Program-made: the position numbers and the translations under genes | Notes under the pieces: generated by a model | What the model was told of the DNA's origin: nothing | The model's input: the letters and a program-made list of their open reading frames with translations, nothing else | The model's database searches: none | Shown here: piece after piece, positions 1 to 12,343 of the stretch | How positions within the stretch are numbered: position 1 is the stretch's first letter | How the letters are laid out: every line of letters begins with the position of its first letter | Assembly: GCA_963837025.1 (NCBI GenBank) | Contig: CAWILT010000001.1 | Span: 745,572-809,571, forward strand | From: an uncultured Alphaproteobacteria bacterium | Lineage (GTDB): Bacteria; Pseudomonadota; Alphaproteobacteria; Rickettsiales; JALZUV01 | Direction: 5' to 3' | Length of the DNA: 64,000 bases

Positions 1-312
1 ATCAGAAAATGCAATGGCATGCACAACAAAATCAAGTTCGCCCCACTCTTTTTCGAGCGTGTTAAACACCGCATCAATACTGGCTTCATCGGTCACGTCA
101 CATGGCAACACTTTATTGCTGCCCAGCGATTCTGCTAAAGGCTGCACGCGCTTTTGCAATGCCTCGCCTTGATAGGTAAAGGCAATTTCAGCGCCTTGCG
201 CACTTAATTGCTGCGCAATGCCCCATGCAAGCGATTTATCATTGGCAACACCCATGATAACACCACGCTTACCGCGCATAATTTCGCCTTTAACATATGT
301 TTGTTCTGACAT
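1..312 (-). CDS. fabI: enoyl-[acyl-carrier-protein] reductase (NADH), N-terminal part; the gene continues beyond the left window edge
   Basis: My own minus-strand translation from the ATG at 312-310 gives MSEQTYVKGEIMRGKRGVIMGVANDKSLAWGIAQQLSAQGAEIAFTYQGEALQKRV... The GVAN..S.AWGIA and AE.AFTYQ blocks are typical of the FabI N-terminus. It is absent from the ORF track because it is open at the edge. Confidence 0.8.
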   Translation of the reverse strand, partial: MSEQTYVKGEIMRGKRGVIMGVANDKSLAWGIAQQLSAQGAEIAFTYQGEALQKRVQPLAESLGSNKVLPCDVTDEASIDAVFNTLEKEWGELDFVVHAIAFSD

Positions 313-323
313 GCTGCTACTTT

Positions 324-815
324 CTAACTTTCAATCTTCCACGTGCCATTTGATTGACGACATGCCACACCTTGACCTTGCTCAGCGCGGCCATCAATGA
401 TGATGGTTTGTTCATATTTACGGCAATATTGACCGTTAGCATTTTGATAATAAGTAGAAGGGGTTACCGTTCCACTGATAGATGAGGCTGGGCTTTGCCA
501 CGGAAAAACCTGACCCGGCTGGCCAACTTCAAGCGCACGCTGCGATGATTTATCATAATAATTCACATCAGCGGTATTCATGTTTTGTGCGACAGAGCTT
601 CCTAAGGCTGAACCTAATAGAGTACCCGCCACGATAGCAATAACATTGCCTGTGCCACCACCAATTTGTGAACCAACAGCAGCGCCAGCAACGCCACCAG
701 CGATGGATCCCACTTGGCTGTTGCTTACACCAACACCATTACCACTTTGCTGACATGCCACCAATAAGCAGATAGCAGCCGTACAACTAAGAATTTTTTT
801 CACGGTTAACCTCAA
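324..815 (-). CDS. lipoprotein, 17-kDa surface antigen-like (glycine zipper plus Cys-containing C-terminal domain)
   Basis: It has a signal peptide with lipobox LLVAC, a GxxxG-rich zipper (GSIAGGVAGAAVGSQIGGGTG) and a C-terminal YCRKYEQTIIIDG..GQGVACRQSNGTWKI pattern, as in the 17-kDa antigen family. Confidence 0.6.
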   Translation of the reverse strand: MRLTVKKILSCTAAICLLVACQQSGNGVGVSNSQVGSIAGGVAGAAVGSQIGGGTGNVIAIVAGTLLGSALGSSVAQNMNTADVNYYDKSSQRALEVGQPGQVFPWQSPASSISGTVTPSTYYQNANGQYCRKYEQTIIIDGRAEQGQGVACRQSNGTWKIES

Positions 816-885
816 TCAATTTTTATATTTATGGGGAGTGTATAGGTTAAGTTTGCCCTTAAATCAATAATTAAGCACAAGAACC

Positions 886-1277
886 CTACCAACAATTTGG
901 GTTGGTTAAGGTTGGCTCTAGCGATGAAATAGGCTGCTGATTAAATAAAACTTCACCGGTCTGTGTGTTGGTATCCACCTGACCAGGAATCAACTCCATT
1001 GCATTTGAATTAAACGATCCATTGCTTACATCAGCATAATCACTCAACGGAATTGCTAATGGCAAAGCAACTTGATTCACATTATCAGCCGTCAATGCAG
1101 GGGGCGTTGCGTCGGCTGGAGCAACCGCAAATCCATTCGCATCAACACCTGCTTGATAAGCAACATCATCGGCTGGTTGCGCATTAACCGCAACAGGACA
1201 TTTTGTGCCAGCGGTATAATCTGCCGCATAAGCTGATAGCGCCGTTAATATAATGATGAGTGAAAAAACCGTTCTCA

Positions 1278-1278
<1 letters not shown>
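886..1278 (-). CDS. secreted hypothetical protein
   Basis: 130-aa ORF with a clear N-terminal signal peptide (LIIILTALSAYA/AD). Its start overlaps the pyrG stop by 1 nt (TAATG). I recognise no family. Confidence 0.5.
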
Positions 1279-3388
<2,110 letters not shown>

Positions 3389-3390
3389 AA

Positions 3391-4125
3391 TTATACTTTC
3401 TCTGCTGCCGTTATTATGGCGTTAAAACTTTCACAATTCAAGCTAGCACCGCCGACCAAAACACCATCTACATGATTAATGCTCATAATCTCTTGCGCAT
3501 TATCCGGTTTAACCGAGCCACCATAGAGAATTTTTGCGCCTTTAGGCAATTGCTCTGCCAACATAGAGTGGGTAGCGCTAATGGTATCGGCATCCGCTAC
3601 TTTACCGGTGCCAATAGCCCATACAGGCTCATAGGCCAACACATAATCGGTCACACTAAAACTAACGGGGATAGACTCCTTCACCTGTGACGAAAGCACC
3701 TGAACAAAGTCACCACTTTCACGTTGTTCCAATGTTTCGCCAATGCAAATTACGGGCAGTAAACCCGCAGCTTTAGCCGCTTCCGCTTTAGCCGCAATCA
3801 GCTTATCATGCTCTTGATGTTGTGCACGGCGTTCAGAATGGCCTAGAATTACATATTCTGCGCCTGCTTCAACTGCCATTAATGCACTGTTATTTCCGGT
3901 ATGTGCGCCCTGCTCTTTATCATGGCAATCTTGCACACCCACACTCACCGACGAACCAGCCACATTGCGCACCACTTCGCTAACATGTAAAGCTGGAGGA
4001 CAAATAACAACTTTAGTCTGCATTAAACCTTTGGCAGAAACATAATTCGAGATTTTAGATGCCAACTCAGTCGCGCTTTTTAACGTGCCATGCATTTTCC
4101 AATTGCCAATTACTAATTGATGCAT
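3391..4125 (-). CDS. tpiA: triosephosphate isomerase
   Basis: Contains GNWKMHG, ILGHSERR and AYEPVWAIGTG motifs. I placed the start at the internal Met (MHQLVIGNWKMHG, ATG 4125-4123) rather than at the ORF-track start 4203. Confidence 0.93.
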   Translation of the reverse strand: MHQLVIGNWKMHGTLKSATELASKISNYVSAKGLMQTKVVICPPALHVSEVVRNVAGSSVSVGVQDCHDKEQGAHTGNNSALMAVEAGAEYVILGHSERRAQHQEHDKLIAAKAEAAKAAGLLPVICIGETLEQRESGDFVQVLSSQVKESIPVSFSVTDYVLAYEPVWAIGTGKVADADTISATHSMLAEQLPKGAKILYGGSVKPDNAQEIMSINHVDGVLVGGASLNCESFNAIITAAEKV

Positions 4126-4272
4126 CTTTATGCCCTCGTCTATTTGTTTGGCGGCTTCTAACATATCACTTCGATGAGTTCTAGCGTAATTTGCTCTTTT
4201 CATCCGTCATCCCATCCACTACAACCCATAGCGAAACATTAAATTAAATTCTCACCCTTAGGAGATTCCATT

Positions 4273-6189
4273 ATGATGCGAGCCATCCAGAACAGCTCCG
4301 GTAGCATAATCATGAAAATTGTTCTCGGCGCGATTGCGGTTAGCTTCGCGCTTTGGGGCGTGGGCGATATGTTTCGCGGCGGTATGGCAAGCGGTTATGC
4401 GATAAAAGCTGGCGATAAAACCGTTACTATTCAGGAATATCAAGATGAGCTTAACATCCGCTATGGCGCATTGCGTCAAGTGATGGGAGCGAGTTTAACC
4501 CCAGAAATGGCCGAGCGGTTGGGTTTGAAACAACAAGTGCTAAACGATCTTCAAACCGGATTATTACTACAATTAGAAGCCAAATCATTAGGGCTAAAAA
4601 TTCCTGAATCTGAGGTGATGAAGCTTTTGCGCGAAACACCCGCCTTTCAATCGGAAGGCGCATTTAACAAAGACAGCTTCGATCAAGCCTTACGCCAAGC
4701 CGGTTTAAATGAAGAACGCTTTTTAAATTCGCTAAATAAAGAGCTTTTGAGCAAGTTGATTTTACAAAACTTTAGCACCTATTTACCCGATGTTACCAAC
4801 GCCGCTAGCTTGCTCTATCGCACGCGAAACGAAACACGTGATGTAACCTTTTATCGTTTTACGCCAAATGTAAATAACAGCGAAATTGCTGAGCCTGATG
4901 AGGCAGCACTAAAAGATTATTACAAAGCCTATGGCGAGCAATTCCGCGAGCCTGAATATCGCCAAATTCAATGGGTAACGATTGATAAACAAGCTATCGG
5001 AAAAGACTTCACACCTGATGATGAAACGCTTCTGGCGCTTTATGATGAACGTATTGATAGCTATACCATCCCCCAACAACGCGAAGTAAGCCAGTTACTC
5101 TACGAAACGCAGGCCGAAGCAGAAAAAGCGTTATCGATGCTTAATGATGGCAGCAGTTTTGCCCAAGTGGTGAGCGAAGTAAAACCCACTAACGAGATGC
5201 TCTCGCTTGGTATTATTACAGGCGATGCGCTGCCATCTCAAGCGCGTGACGATGTTATGGCATTGCAAGCGGGTGAAGTGAGCAAGCCTATTAAAACCGA
5301 TTTTGGCTGGCACCTCTTCCGTGTTGAAAGCATTAAACCGCAATCCATAACGCCTTTTGCACAAGCGCGCGAAAAACTGGCAACCGATTGGCGCTCCGCT
5401 AAAATTGAAGATGCCGCTTATGAAATTACGGTTGATATTGAAGATGGTTTGGCCGGAGGCTTAACCTTAGATGAAGTAGCCAAAGAGCATAATTTAAAAG
5501 TTAGCTCCGCACCCGTCATGAATATGTCTGCATTAAATAAATCGGGTAAACCTATCGATATTTCCGCATATCCTGCGGGCTTAATTGAATCTGGCTTTAA
5601 ACTGCAAGATGAAACTGACAGCCATTTGCTGGATGCGGGCAACGGCAATTATCAACTTATTGCGTTGGGTAAACGTGAAGAATCTTATATTCCAAAAATT
5701 AGCGATATTAACGATAAACTCGTTGCGGCATGGCGCACCAAACAAACCCGCGATGCAATACGCAATAAATCCATCACGTTAGCCCAAGCAATTGCAAAAG
5801 ATGGCAGTAAGCTCAACAGCGATATATTTCGCCCAATTCGCGTTTCTGGTTTTCAAACCGCTGGTGATGTCCCTAGCCAATTAGGGAATGTGACCGAATT
5901 ACCCCCTGGTTTACGTGATGAAATTTTTCAAAAATCACAAGGTGAAACCACCGATGCTTATATTATAAACTTAGAGAATGATGAATATATGCTAGCCAAA
6001 GTTGATACCATAAATCGCATTAGTAAGAGCACAGCAAACGGCGAGAAAGCGCAAGCTGAAATTGAGAAGATTGTTGCAGAGCTTCAACAACAGTTCGGGC
6101 AAGATATTACCTCACTTTATATGAAACATTTAGTGGCAAAATATCCCATTACAGTGAACGAACAAGCGATGGCGCAGTTAAACCGCTAA
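4273..6189 (+). CDS. periplasmic chaperone / peptidyl-prolyl isomerase, PpiD-like (SurA N-terminal domain plus parvulin-like domain)
   Basis: 638 aa with an N-terminal membrane anchor (IVLGAIAVSFALWGVGDMF). A rotamase-like block is present (FAQVVSEVK...GEVSKPIKTDFGWHLFRVE). It lies directly upstream of trpE. Confidence 0.75.
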   Translation: MMRAIQNSSGSIIMKIVLGAIAVSFALWGVGDMFRGGMASGYAIKAGDKTVTIQEYQDELNIRYGALRQVMGASLTPEMAERLGLKQQVLNDLQTGLLLQLEAKSLGLKIPESEVMKLLRETPAFQSEGAFNKDSFDQALRQAGLNEERFLNSLNKELLSKLILQNFSTYLPDVTNAASLLYRTRNETRDVTFYRFTPNVNNSEIAEPDEAALKDYYKAYGEQFREPEYRQIQWVTIDKQAIGKDFTPDDETLLALYDERIDSYTIPQQREVSQLLYETQAEAEKALSMLNDGSSFAQVVSEVKPTNEMLSLGIITGDALPSQARDDVMALQAGEVSKPIKTDFGWHLFRVESIKPQSITPFAQAREKLATDWRSAKIEDAAYEITVDIEDGLAGGLTLDEVAKEHNLKVSSAPVMNMSALNKSGKPIDISAYPAGLIESGFKLQDETDSHLLDAGNGNYQLIALGKREESYIPKISDINDKLVAAWRTKQTRDAIRNKSITLAQAIAKDGSKLNSDIFRPIRVSGFQTAGDVPSQLGNVTELPPGLRDEIFQKSQGETTDAYIINLENDEYMLAKVDTINRISKSTANGEKAQAEIEKIVAELQQQFGQDITSLYMKHLVAKYPITVNEQAMAQLNR

Positions 6190-7683
6190 ATGCTTAGTCC
6201 GCATCAACGTTTAACTCAAGGCCAGCCTGTGTTGATCACACGCACGTTAGTGGTTGATGGTTTATCGCCTGTTAGTTTATTTCACCCCTTTGCCCAAGCG
6301 CATGAATATGCTTTTTTGCTTGAGTCCGTCACAGGAGGCGATACGCGAGGGCGCTACAGTGTTATCGCACTTAACCCCGATATTATCTGGCAATGCAAAG
6401 ATGGCAAAGCCACCCTCACACAAAATGGCCAAACAACACCCATTTCTGCCCCTCCATTAGAATCGCTTCAAACGTTAATTAACCAAAATCAAATGCAAAT
6501 TGATGAATCGCTGCCTCCTATGGTGGCGGGTTTAATCGGTATGATGGGATATGAGATGATCCGCGAGGTGGAGCACCTACCGTCTGATAAAGAAGGGCCT
6601 TCCAATTTGCCCGATGGATGTTTTATGCGCCCGCAAATGTCGCTGGTGCATGATAATGTGAGCGATGCGCTTACTCTTGCCACTCCCATCTGGACAAAGG
6701 ACGAAAAATTCTCCGCTACACAAGCCGATGAAGCCATTGCCAGCGCCACTGAACGACTAAATGAAATGCAAAAATTGCTTATTAAAACCCGCAGTTTACC
6801 GCCCGTCAATGTCAGCACCGATAAAGCGCTAAATAGCCTTAGTTTTACCGGCAATATGACCGCTGATAATTTCAAAGCAATCGTGACTCGCGCTAAAGAA
6901 TATATTCTAAGTGGCGAGATTTTTCAAATTGTGCCATCCATGCGGTTTACAGCGCGTTTTACCGCGCAACCAATGGCATTTTATCGTGCATTACGCCACC
7001 TCAATCCATCACCCTATATGTTCTATCTAAAATTAAATGCTGCCACCATTATTGGCGCCAGTCCTGAAATTTTAGTGCGCGTGCGCGATGGCGAAGTAAC
7101 CATTCGCCCCCTTGCCGGCACGCGCAAACGAGGCGCTACGTTTGCGGAAGATAACGCTCTCGAACAGGATTTGCTCGCCGATACTAAAGAAATTGCCGAA
7201 CATTTAATGCTGCTCGATTTAGGCCGTAATGATGTGGGGCGCGTAACGCAAAGCGGCACCGTTAAGGTAACGGAACAGATGAAAATTGAACGCTACAGCC
7301 ACGTTATGCATATTGTTTCCAATGTGGTTGGCAAAATTAAACAAGGCACTAGCAGCTTAACCGCACTGATGGCAGGATTCCCTGCGGGCACCGTAACAGG
7401 CGCGCCCAAAATCCGCGCGATGGAAATTTTGGACGAGCTTGAACCGCAACGTAGAGGCTTTTACGGTGGTTGCGTGGGCTATTTTTCCACTCAAGGCGAG
7501 ATGGATAGCTGCATTACGTTGCGAACAGCACTCATCAAAGAAGGCCAACTACATTTGCAAGCAGGTGCGGGTGTTGTAGCGGATTCTATCCCGCAAAATG
7601 AATATGAAGAAGTTTGCAACAAAGCCAAAGCCCTTATGCGCGCAGCCGAAATTACATCGCAATTTGAGGTACATGATGCCTAA
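6190..7683 (+). CDS. trpE: anthranilate synthase component I
   Basis: 497 aa with LLESV, GSPE.LVR, GTRKRG and GAPKIRAME motifs. Its ATG directly abuts the upstream stop codon. Confidence 0.95.
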   Translation: MLSPHQRLTQGQPVLITRTLVVDGLSPVSLFHPFAQAHEYAFLLESVTGGDTRGRYSVIALNPDIIWQCKDGKATLTQNGQTTPISAPPLESLQTLINQNQMQIDESLPPMVAGLIGMMGYEMIREVEHLPSDKEGPSNLPDGCFMRPQMSLVHDNVSDALTLATPIWTKDEKFSATQADEAIASATERLNEMQKLLIKTRSLPPVNVSTDKALNSLSFTGNMTADNFKAIVTRAKEYILSGEIFQIVPSMRFTARFTAQPMAFYRALRHLNPSPYMFYLKLNAATIIGASPEILVRVRDGEVTIRPLAGTRKRGATFAEDNALEQDLLADTKEIAEHLMLLDLGRNDVGRVTQSGTVKVTEQMKIERYSHVMHIVSNVVGKIKQGTSSLTALMAGFPAGTVTGAPKIRAMEILDELEPQRRGFYGGCVGYFSTQGEMDSCITLRTALIKEGQLHLQAGAGVVADSIPQNEYEEVCNKAKALMRAAEITSQFEVHDA

Positions 7684-8254
7684 ATTAATCCTCATCGATA
7701 ATTACGACAGTTTTACCTACAATTTACTGCATTATTTTGCTGAATTGGGTGCTGAGGTGGAGGTTTTGCGCAACAACGCACTCAGCGCAACCGAATTACT
7801 AGCGCTGCCTATGGATGGGCTGGTTATTTCCCCCGGCCCAAGCTCACCCGATAATGCGGGCATATGCCTTGAGGCGATTGCCCTCAACGCTAAAGCCTCC
7901 AACCCCGTTCCCACCTTTGGCGTCTGCTTAGGTCATCAAGCCATTGGGCAAGCATTTGGCGGCACGATTATTCGCACCCATCCAATGCATGGCAAAGTGA
8001 GTGCAATTATTCATCAGCAGCATGGCATATTCGCGGCACTCAACACTCCGCTTGAAGTCACGCGTTATCACTCGTTGGTGGTTGAACGCGCCACCCTGCC
8101 CAATTGCTTAGAAGTAACAGCCGAAACAAGCGATGGCATTATTATGGGGCTTCAGCATCAAACGCTGCCTTTTCATGGCGTACAATTTCACCCTGAAAGT
8201 ATTGCCTCGCAGCAAGGGCATGCCCTACTAGCCAACTTCCTCAAAATTTGCTAA
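7673..8254 (+). CDS. trpG: anthranilate synthase component II (glutamine amidotransferase)
   Basis: Contains ILLIDNYDSFTYNL, GVCLGHQAI and GVQFHPES. The start is set at ATG 7673, overlapping the trpE stop. The longer track ORF from 7598 lies inside trpE. Confidence 0.93.
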   Translation: MMPKLILIDNYDSFTYNLLHYFAELGAEVEVLRNNALSATELLALPMDGLVISPGPSSPDNAGICLEAIALNAKASNPVPTFGVCLGHQAIGQAFGGTIIRTHPMHGKVSAIIHQQHGIFAALNTPLEVTRYHSLVVERATLPNCLEVTAETSDGIIMGLQHQTLPFHGVQFHPESIASQQGHALLANFLKIC

Positions 8255-8264
8255 CACCTTCGCC

Positions 8265-9302
8265 ATGGTCGCACTTCCTTTTCAAACTTTCATCGAACAA
8301 GCCGTAAATGGTGAAGATTTAACGCGCGAACAAACCCAGCGCGCCTTCCAAATTATGATGAGTGGCGGCGCTACCCCTGCTCAAATGGCCGCCTTTATTG
8401 TTGCCCTTCGCATCAAAGGCGAAACGGTGGAGGAAATTACCGGCGCCGCGCTTACCATGCGTCACAAAGCATTGGCCTTTACCGCGCCTGCTCATGCGAT
8501 TGATACATGCGGAACAGGCGGCGATGCTTCGGGCACCTACAATATCTCCACCGCTACAGCAATCGTCACTGCTGCATGTGGGGTGCCGGTTGTCAAACAT
8601 GGCAACCGCTCGGTTTCATCTAAATCAGGCTCGGCTGATGTGATGTCGCAACTCGGCGTTAATTTATCCGCTTCGCCCCAGCTGATGCAACGCGCACTAA
8701 ATGAGTGTAATTTATGCTTTCTAATGGCTCCCGCATACCACCGCGCTATGCGCCATGTGGCACCGGTGCGTCAAGAATTAGGTTTACGCACCTTGTTCAA
8801 TTTACTCGGCCCTCTATCAAATCCCGCAGGAGTAAAACGACAGCTATTAGGAGTTTACAGCCCCGATCTACTGTTACCCATGGCAGAAACACTGCGCGAA
8901 ATTGGAGTGGAACATGCGTGGATTGTGCATGGTGCGGATGGGTTAGACGAAATAAGCCTAACGGGCGATACCCATGTGGTAGAGCTAAAACATAACGAGA
9001 TAAAATCCTTCATCATCACCCCACAATCAGCAGAACTTGAACCCTGTAAGATGACCGATTTAAAAGGGGGCGATGCCAAGAAAAACGCTCAGGCGCTTGA
9101 ACAACTTCTAGCAGGTCGCGCGAGCGCCTATCGTGATATTGTATGCCTCAATAGCGCTGCCGCACTTATCATTGCAGGTAAATGCAATACCCTTACGCAC
9201 GGCGTTAAACTCGCACAAAATGCCATAGATACAGGTGATGCACGTCATGTTCTCAATCAACTTATCGCCATCACCGGCGAGGAAGCGTTAGCCCATGACT
9301 AA
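8265..9302 (+). CDS. trpD: anthranilate phosphoribosyltransferase
   Basis: 345 aa with DTCGTGGD, KHGNRSVSSKSGSADV and NPAG motifs. Confidence 0.95.
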   Translation: MVALPFQTFIEQAVNGEDLTREQTQRAFQIMMSGGATPAQMAAFIVALRIKGETVEEITGAALTMRHKALAFTAPAHAIDTCGTGGDASGTYNISTATAIVTAACGVPVVKHGNRSVSSKSGSADVMSQLGVNLSASPQLMQRALNECNLCFLMAPAYHRAMRHVAPVRQELGLRTLFNLLGPLSNPAGVKRQLLGVYSPDLLLPMAETLREIGVEHAWIVHGADGLDEISLTGDTHVVELKHNEIKSFIITPQSAELEPCKMTDLKGGDAKKNAQALEQLLAGRASAYRDIVCLNSAAALIIAGKCNTLTHGVKLAQNAIDTGDARHVLNQLIAITGEEALAHD

Positions 9303-10098
9303 CCCTACTATTTTAGATAAAATCTGTGAAACCAAGCGTGCACATGTTGCCGCGCAGAAAGCGAAACATTCCCAAAAAAAGCTTGAAAAAGCGATTGAAA
9401 ACCTGCCACCCACACGCGACTTTTTAGGCGCGATTCAATCGCGCATTGCTAAAAATCAAACGGCACTCATTGCCGAAATTAAAAAAGCCTCGCCCAGCAA
9501 AGGCATCATTCGCGATGATTTTGATGTACCAGAACTCGCGCTTGCTTATGAAAATGGTGGCGCCACATGCCTTTCCATCCTCACCGATAGTGCGTATTTT
9601 CAAGGTGACGATGCCTTCTTAATGGCTGCTAAAACTGTCAGCAACCTACCTATTTTGCGCAAGGATTTTATCATTGATGCCTATCAAATTTATGAAAGCC
9701 GCGCGTTAGGCGCCGATGCGATATTGCTTATTAAATCCATTCTTAGCACGCAAGAAATTAACGAATTTGCAGCCATTGCTCGTAGCTTAGGCCTTGGAAT
9801 CTTGCTCGAAATTCATGATGAAGTTGAGGCAAACGCTGCACTCCAAACCGATATCACGCTCGTCGGCATAAACAATCGCGATTTAAAAACCTTTGATGTT
9901 TCACTGGATACCACCCTCACCCTAGCCCCGATTTTGGCAGATGCCAACCGAACGCTAGTGTGCGAAAGCGGAATATTTACCCATGCCGATATCAAGCATA
10001 TCCAATCCAATAGCCAAGCACGCTGCTTTTTAGTCGGTGAGGCACTCATGCGCCAAACTAACGTGCAAGCTGCCACTCAAATGCTACTCGGCACATAA
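9295..10098 (+). CDS. trpC: indole-3-glycerol-phosphate synthase
   Basis: 267 aa with IAEIKKASPSKG, LRKDFI and GINNRDL motifs. It overlaps trpD by 8 nt. Confidence 0.95.
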   Translation: MTNPTILDKICETKRAHVAAQKAKHSQKKLEKAIENLPPTRDFLGAIQSRIAKNQTALIAEIKKASPSKGIIRDDFDVPELALAYENGGATCLSILTDSAYFQGDDAFLMAAKTVSNLPILRKDFIIDAYQIYESRALGADAILLIKSILSTQEINEFAAIARSLGLGILLEIHDEVEANAALQTDITLVGINNRDLKTFDVSLDTTLTLAPILADANRTLVCESGIFTHADIKHIQSNSQARCFLVGEALMRQTNVQAATQMLLGT

Positions 10099-10138
10099 AT
10101 AAAATTGAGTGTAAGCGCCCGATTGGTTATAAGAACTT

Positions 10139-11527
10139 ATGCAACATTTCATTACACAGCGCCCTGCTCAAAAAACCGATATCACCATTATTCCGCTCAC
10201 CGAAAAGAGCTTGCCAAAATGGCTAAAAACTCGCAGCGAACGCGAACAAAATCAGCTCAAAACCATTGAGTTTGAAGCTATTCCAAGCAAGTTTGCACGC
10301 CTAACCCACGAAAACGGCACATTAAAAACCGTAATTTTAGCGATTGAAAATGCGGCTGATATTTGGAGTTGGGCTGCTTTATCATCAGAACTAAGCCACT
10401 TGAATCATTATACCATTGATGATGCTTACGAAAATATTGATACCACTGCCGCAGCTCTAGGATGGCAATTAGGATGCTATCGCTTCGCCCGCTATGTTAA
10501 GAAAAAATCAGATTTTCCTATATTGGTTTTAGACCCTAAATTTAATTTAAAACTTGCCCAAAAATTGAGCGAATCGATTTACCTCACGCGTGATTTAATT
10601 AATACCCCCACCAACGATATGGGGCCAAGCGAACTCAGCGCCGAAATTCAAAAAATAGCCAAGAAATTTAAGGCATCTTGCGTTGAAATTGCTGGTGATG
10701 ATTTGCTTGAGCAAAATTATCCCACCATTCATGCCGTTGGCCGCGCATGTGATGATGCACCGCGTTTGCTTGATTTGCGCTGGGGCGAAGCTTCACATCC
10801 CAAACTTACTTTGGTAGGCAAAGGGGTATGTTTTGACACAGGTGGCCTCAACATCAAAACTGGCAGTAGCATGGGCATGATGAAAAAAGATATGGGCGGC
10901 GCCGCATTTATGCTCGGTCTAGCGCAGCTTATCATGGCCATGCAATTAAAAGTGAATTTGCGACTGCTCATTCCTGCGGTTGAAAACAGCATCAGCGGCA
11001 ATGCCTTCCGCCCGCAAGACGTTATTAAAACCCGCAAAGGCATTACCGTTGAAATCAGTAATACCGATGCAGAAGGTCGTTTAATTCTATGCGATGCATT
11101 AGCCGAAGCTGACACCGAAACGCCTGATTTGTTAATTGATGCTGCCACCCTCACCGGCGCCGCGCGCGTTGCCACGGGAACTGACATTCCTGCTTTTTTC
11201 ACCAATAACAAAAAGCTGGCTCGGTTGGTTGAACAATATGTTGAAAAAACAGGTGAGATGTTATGGCAATTGCCGTTACATCACGGTTATCGCTATATGC
11301 TGGATAGCGAAGTGGCCGATATTGATCACAGTTCAAAAGGCGGTTATGCGGGTGCGATTACCGCAGCGCTATTCCTAAACGAATTTGTAGAAAAATCGCT
11401 TGAATGGTTGCATATCGATATGATGGCGTGGAACACGCGCAACCAACCTGGCCGACCACTTGGTGGCGAATCACAAGGGTTGCGCGTTCTTTATTCATTA
11501 CTCGAATCGCGGTATGGCAAAGCATAA
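10139..11527 (+). CDS. M17-family leucyl aminopeptidase-like protein
   Basis: 462 aa with GKGVCFDTGG, MKKDMGGAA and NTDAEGRL metal-site motifs. Confidence 0.85.
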   Translation: MQHFITQRPAQKTDITIIPLTEKSLPKWLKTRSEREQNQLKTIEFEAIPSKFARLTHENGTLKTVILAIENAADIWSWAALSSELSHLNHYTIDDAYENIDTTAAALGWQLGCYRFARYVKKKSDFPILVLDPKFNLKLAQKLSESIYLTRDLINTPTNDMGPSELSAEIQKIAKKFKASCVEIAGDDLLEQNYPTIHAVGRACDDAPRLLDLRWGEASHPKLTLVGKGVCFDTGGLNIKTGSSMGMMKKDMGGAAFMLGLAQLIMAMQLKVNLRLLIPAVENSISGNAFRPQDVIKTRKGITVEISNTDAEGRLILCDALAEADTETPDLLIDAATLTGAARVATGTDIPAFFTNNKKLARLVEQYVEKTGEMLWQLPLHHGYRYMLDSEVADIDHSSKGGYAGAITAALFLNEFVEKSLEWLHIDMMAWNTRNQPGRPLGGESQGLRVLYSLLESRYGKA

Positions 11528-11530
11528 ATA

Positions 11531-12343
11531 ATGGGCTTTTACATCAAATATCAAACGCATCAAGATGGCCCTTATGATTTGGTTACCATGATACGCAAAA
11601 TCCGCAAAGGCCTTATTCCACCCGAAACATTGGTGATGGAAGCCAATGATCCACAAGCCCAATCTGCCCGTATGCATCCCCAATTGCACGGCTTTTTCGC
11701 CGAGCTTGAAACAGGTTTTGTGAGCGATACGGCGACAAATGTCGTTGAGCATCTTCGTTTCAAAGACATTATGAAATATGGATGGAGTCATTTCATGCAT
11801 AACATGATGTCCGGCTTAATTGCCGCATTCATCCTATTTGCCATTCTTATGTGGACGATTACCGTATTTATTATCAGCCAAGGCGCCATATTACCCGCCA
11901 TTCTGATTTCAGCGAGCGGTGCCGTATTTTTCTTATGTGGATTTATTTTTTCACTACAACGCCAGCAAAGATTGTTGCCATTTTCGCTAAATGCGCTTGC
12001 GAAATACTATGCAGCTAATGCCTCAAATATCATTCTATTTTGCCTCGCATTTGCGCTTATTCATATTGCAGGATTTTTGTTCTTTATTATTCCCGGCTTC
12101 ATAGTGCTTAGTTATCTTGCGTTTGCGCCGTTATTGATCGTGGATAGAAACTTCCATTTTTGGCACGCAATTGAATCGAGCTATCGAACCGTACGCCAAC
12201 ATCAAAGTAATTTATTTTTTACGCTTTTAGCCCTGATTGGCATCAATGCTTTAGCCACAATTTTCATTTTTCCGTTGGTTATAACCCTGCCCATCACATT
12301 CATTGGCGTGATTGAACTTTACAATCAATTAGAGTTTGATTAG
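11531..12343 (+). CDS. membrane protein with an N-terminal GYF_2-like domain
   Basis: The N-terminus YIKYQTHQDGPYDLVTMIRKIRKGLIPPETLV resembles the GYF_2/DUF4339 pattern. About five hydrophobic helices follow. Confidence 0.5.
   Translation: MGFYIKYQTHQDGPYDLVTMIRKIRKGLIPPETLVMEANDPQAQSARMHPQLHGFFAELETGFVSDTATNVVEHLRFKDIMKYGWSHFMHNMMSGLIAAFILFAILMWTITVFIISQGAILPAILISASGAVFFLCGFIFSLQRQQRLLPFSLNALAKYYAANASNIILFCLAFALIHIAGFLFFIIPGFIVLSYLAFAPLLIVDRNFHFWHAIESSYRTVRQHQSNLFFTLLALIGINALATIFIFPLVITLPITFIGVIELYNQLEFD

Noticed and set aside
6187-6192. The ppiD-like stop codon directly abutting the trpE ATG (TAAATG), with no room for a trp leader or attenuator, considered as an unusual regulatory arrangement.
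   Set aside because: Tight coupling of trpE to an upstream SurA/PpiD-like gene is, as far as I recall, a common alphaproteobacterial arrangement. Attenuation is not universal, so I recorded this only as context.
10729-11211. A 160-aa minus-strand ORF antisense to the M17 aminopeptidase gene. Similar antisense ORFs occur at 6489..6875 (in trpE), 2931..3323 (in secG) and 27789..28103 (in the S/T-rich gene).
   Set aside because: All are embedded in better-supported genes on the other strand and have no recognisable motifs. They are typical shadow ORFs.
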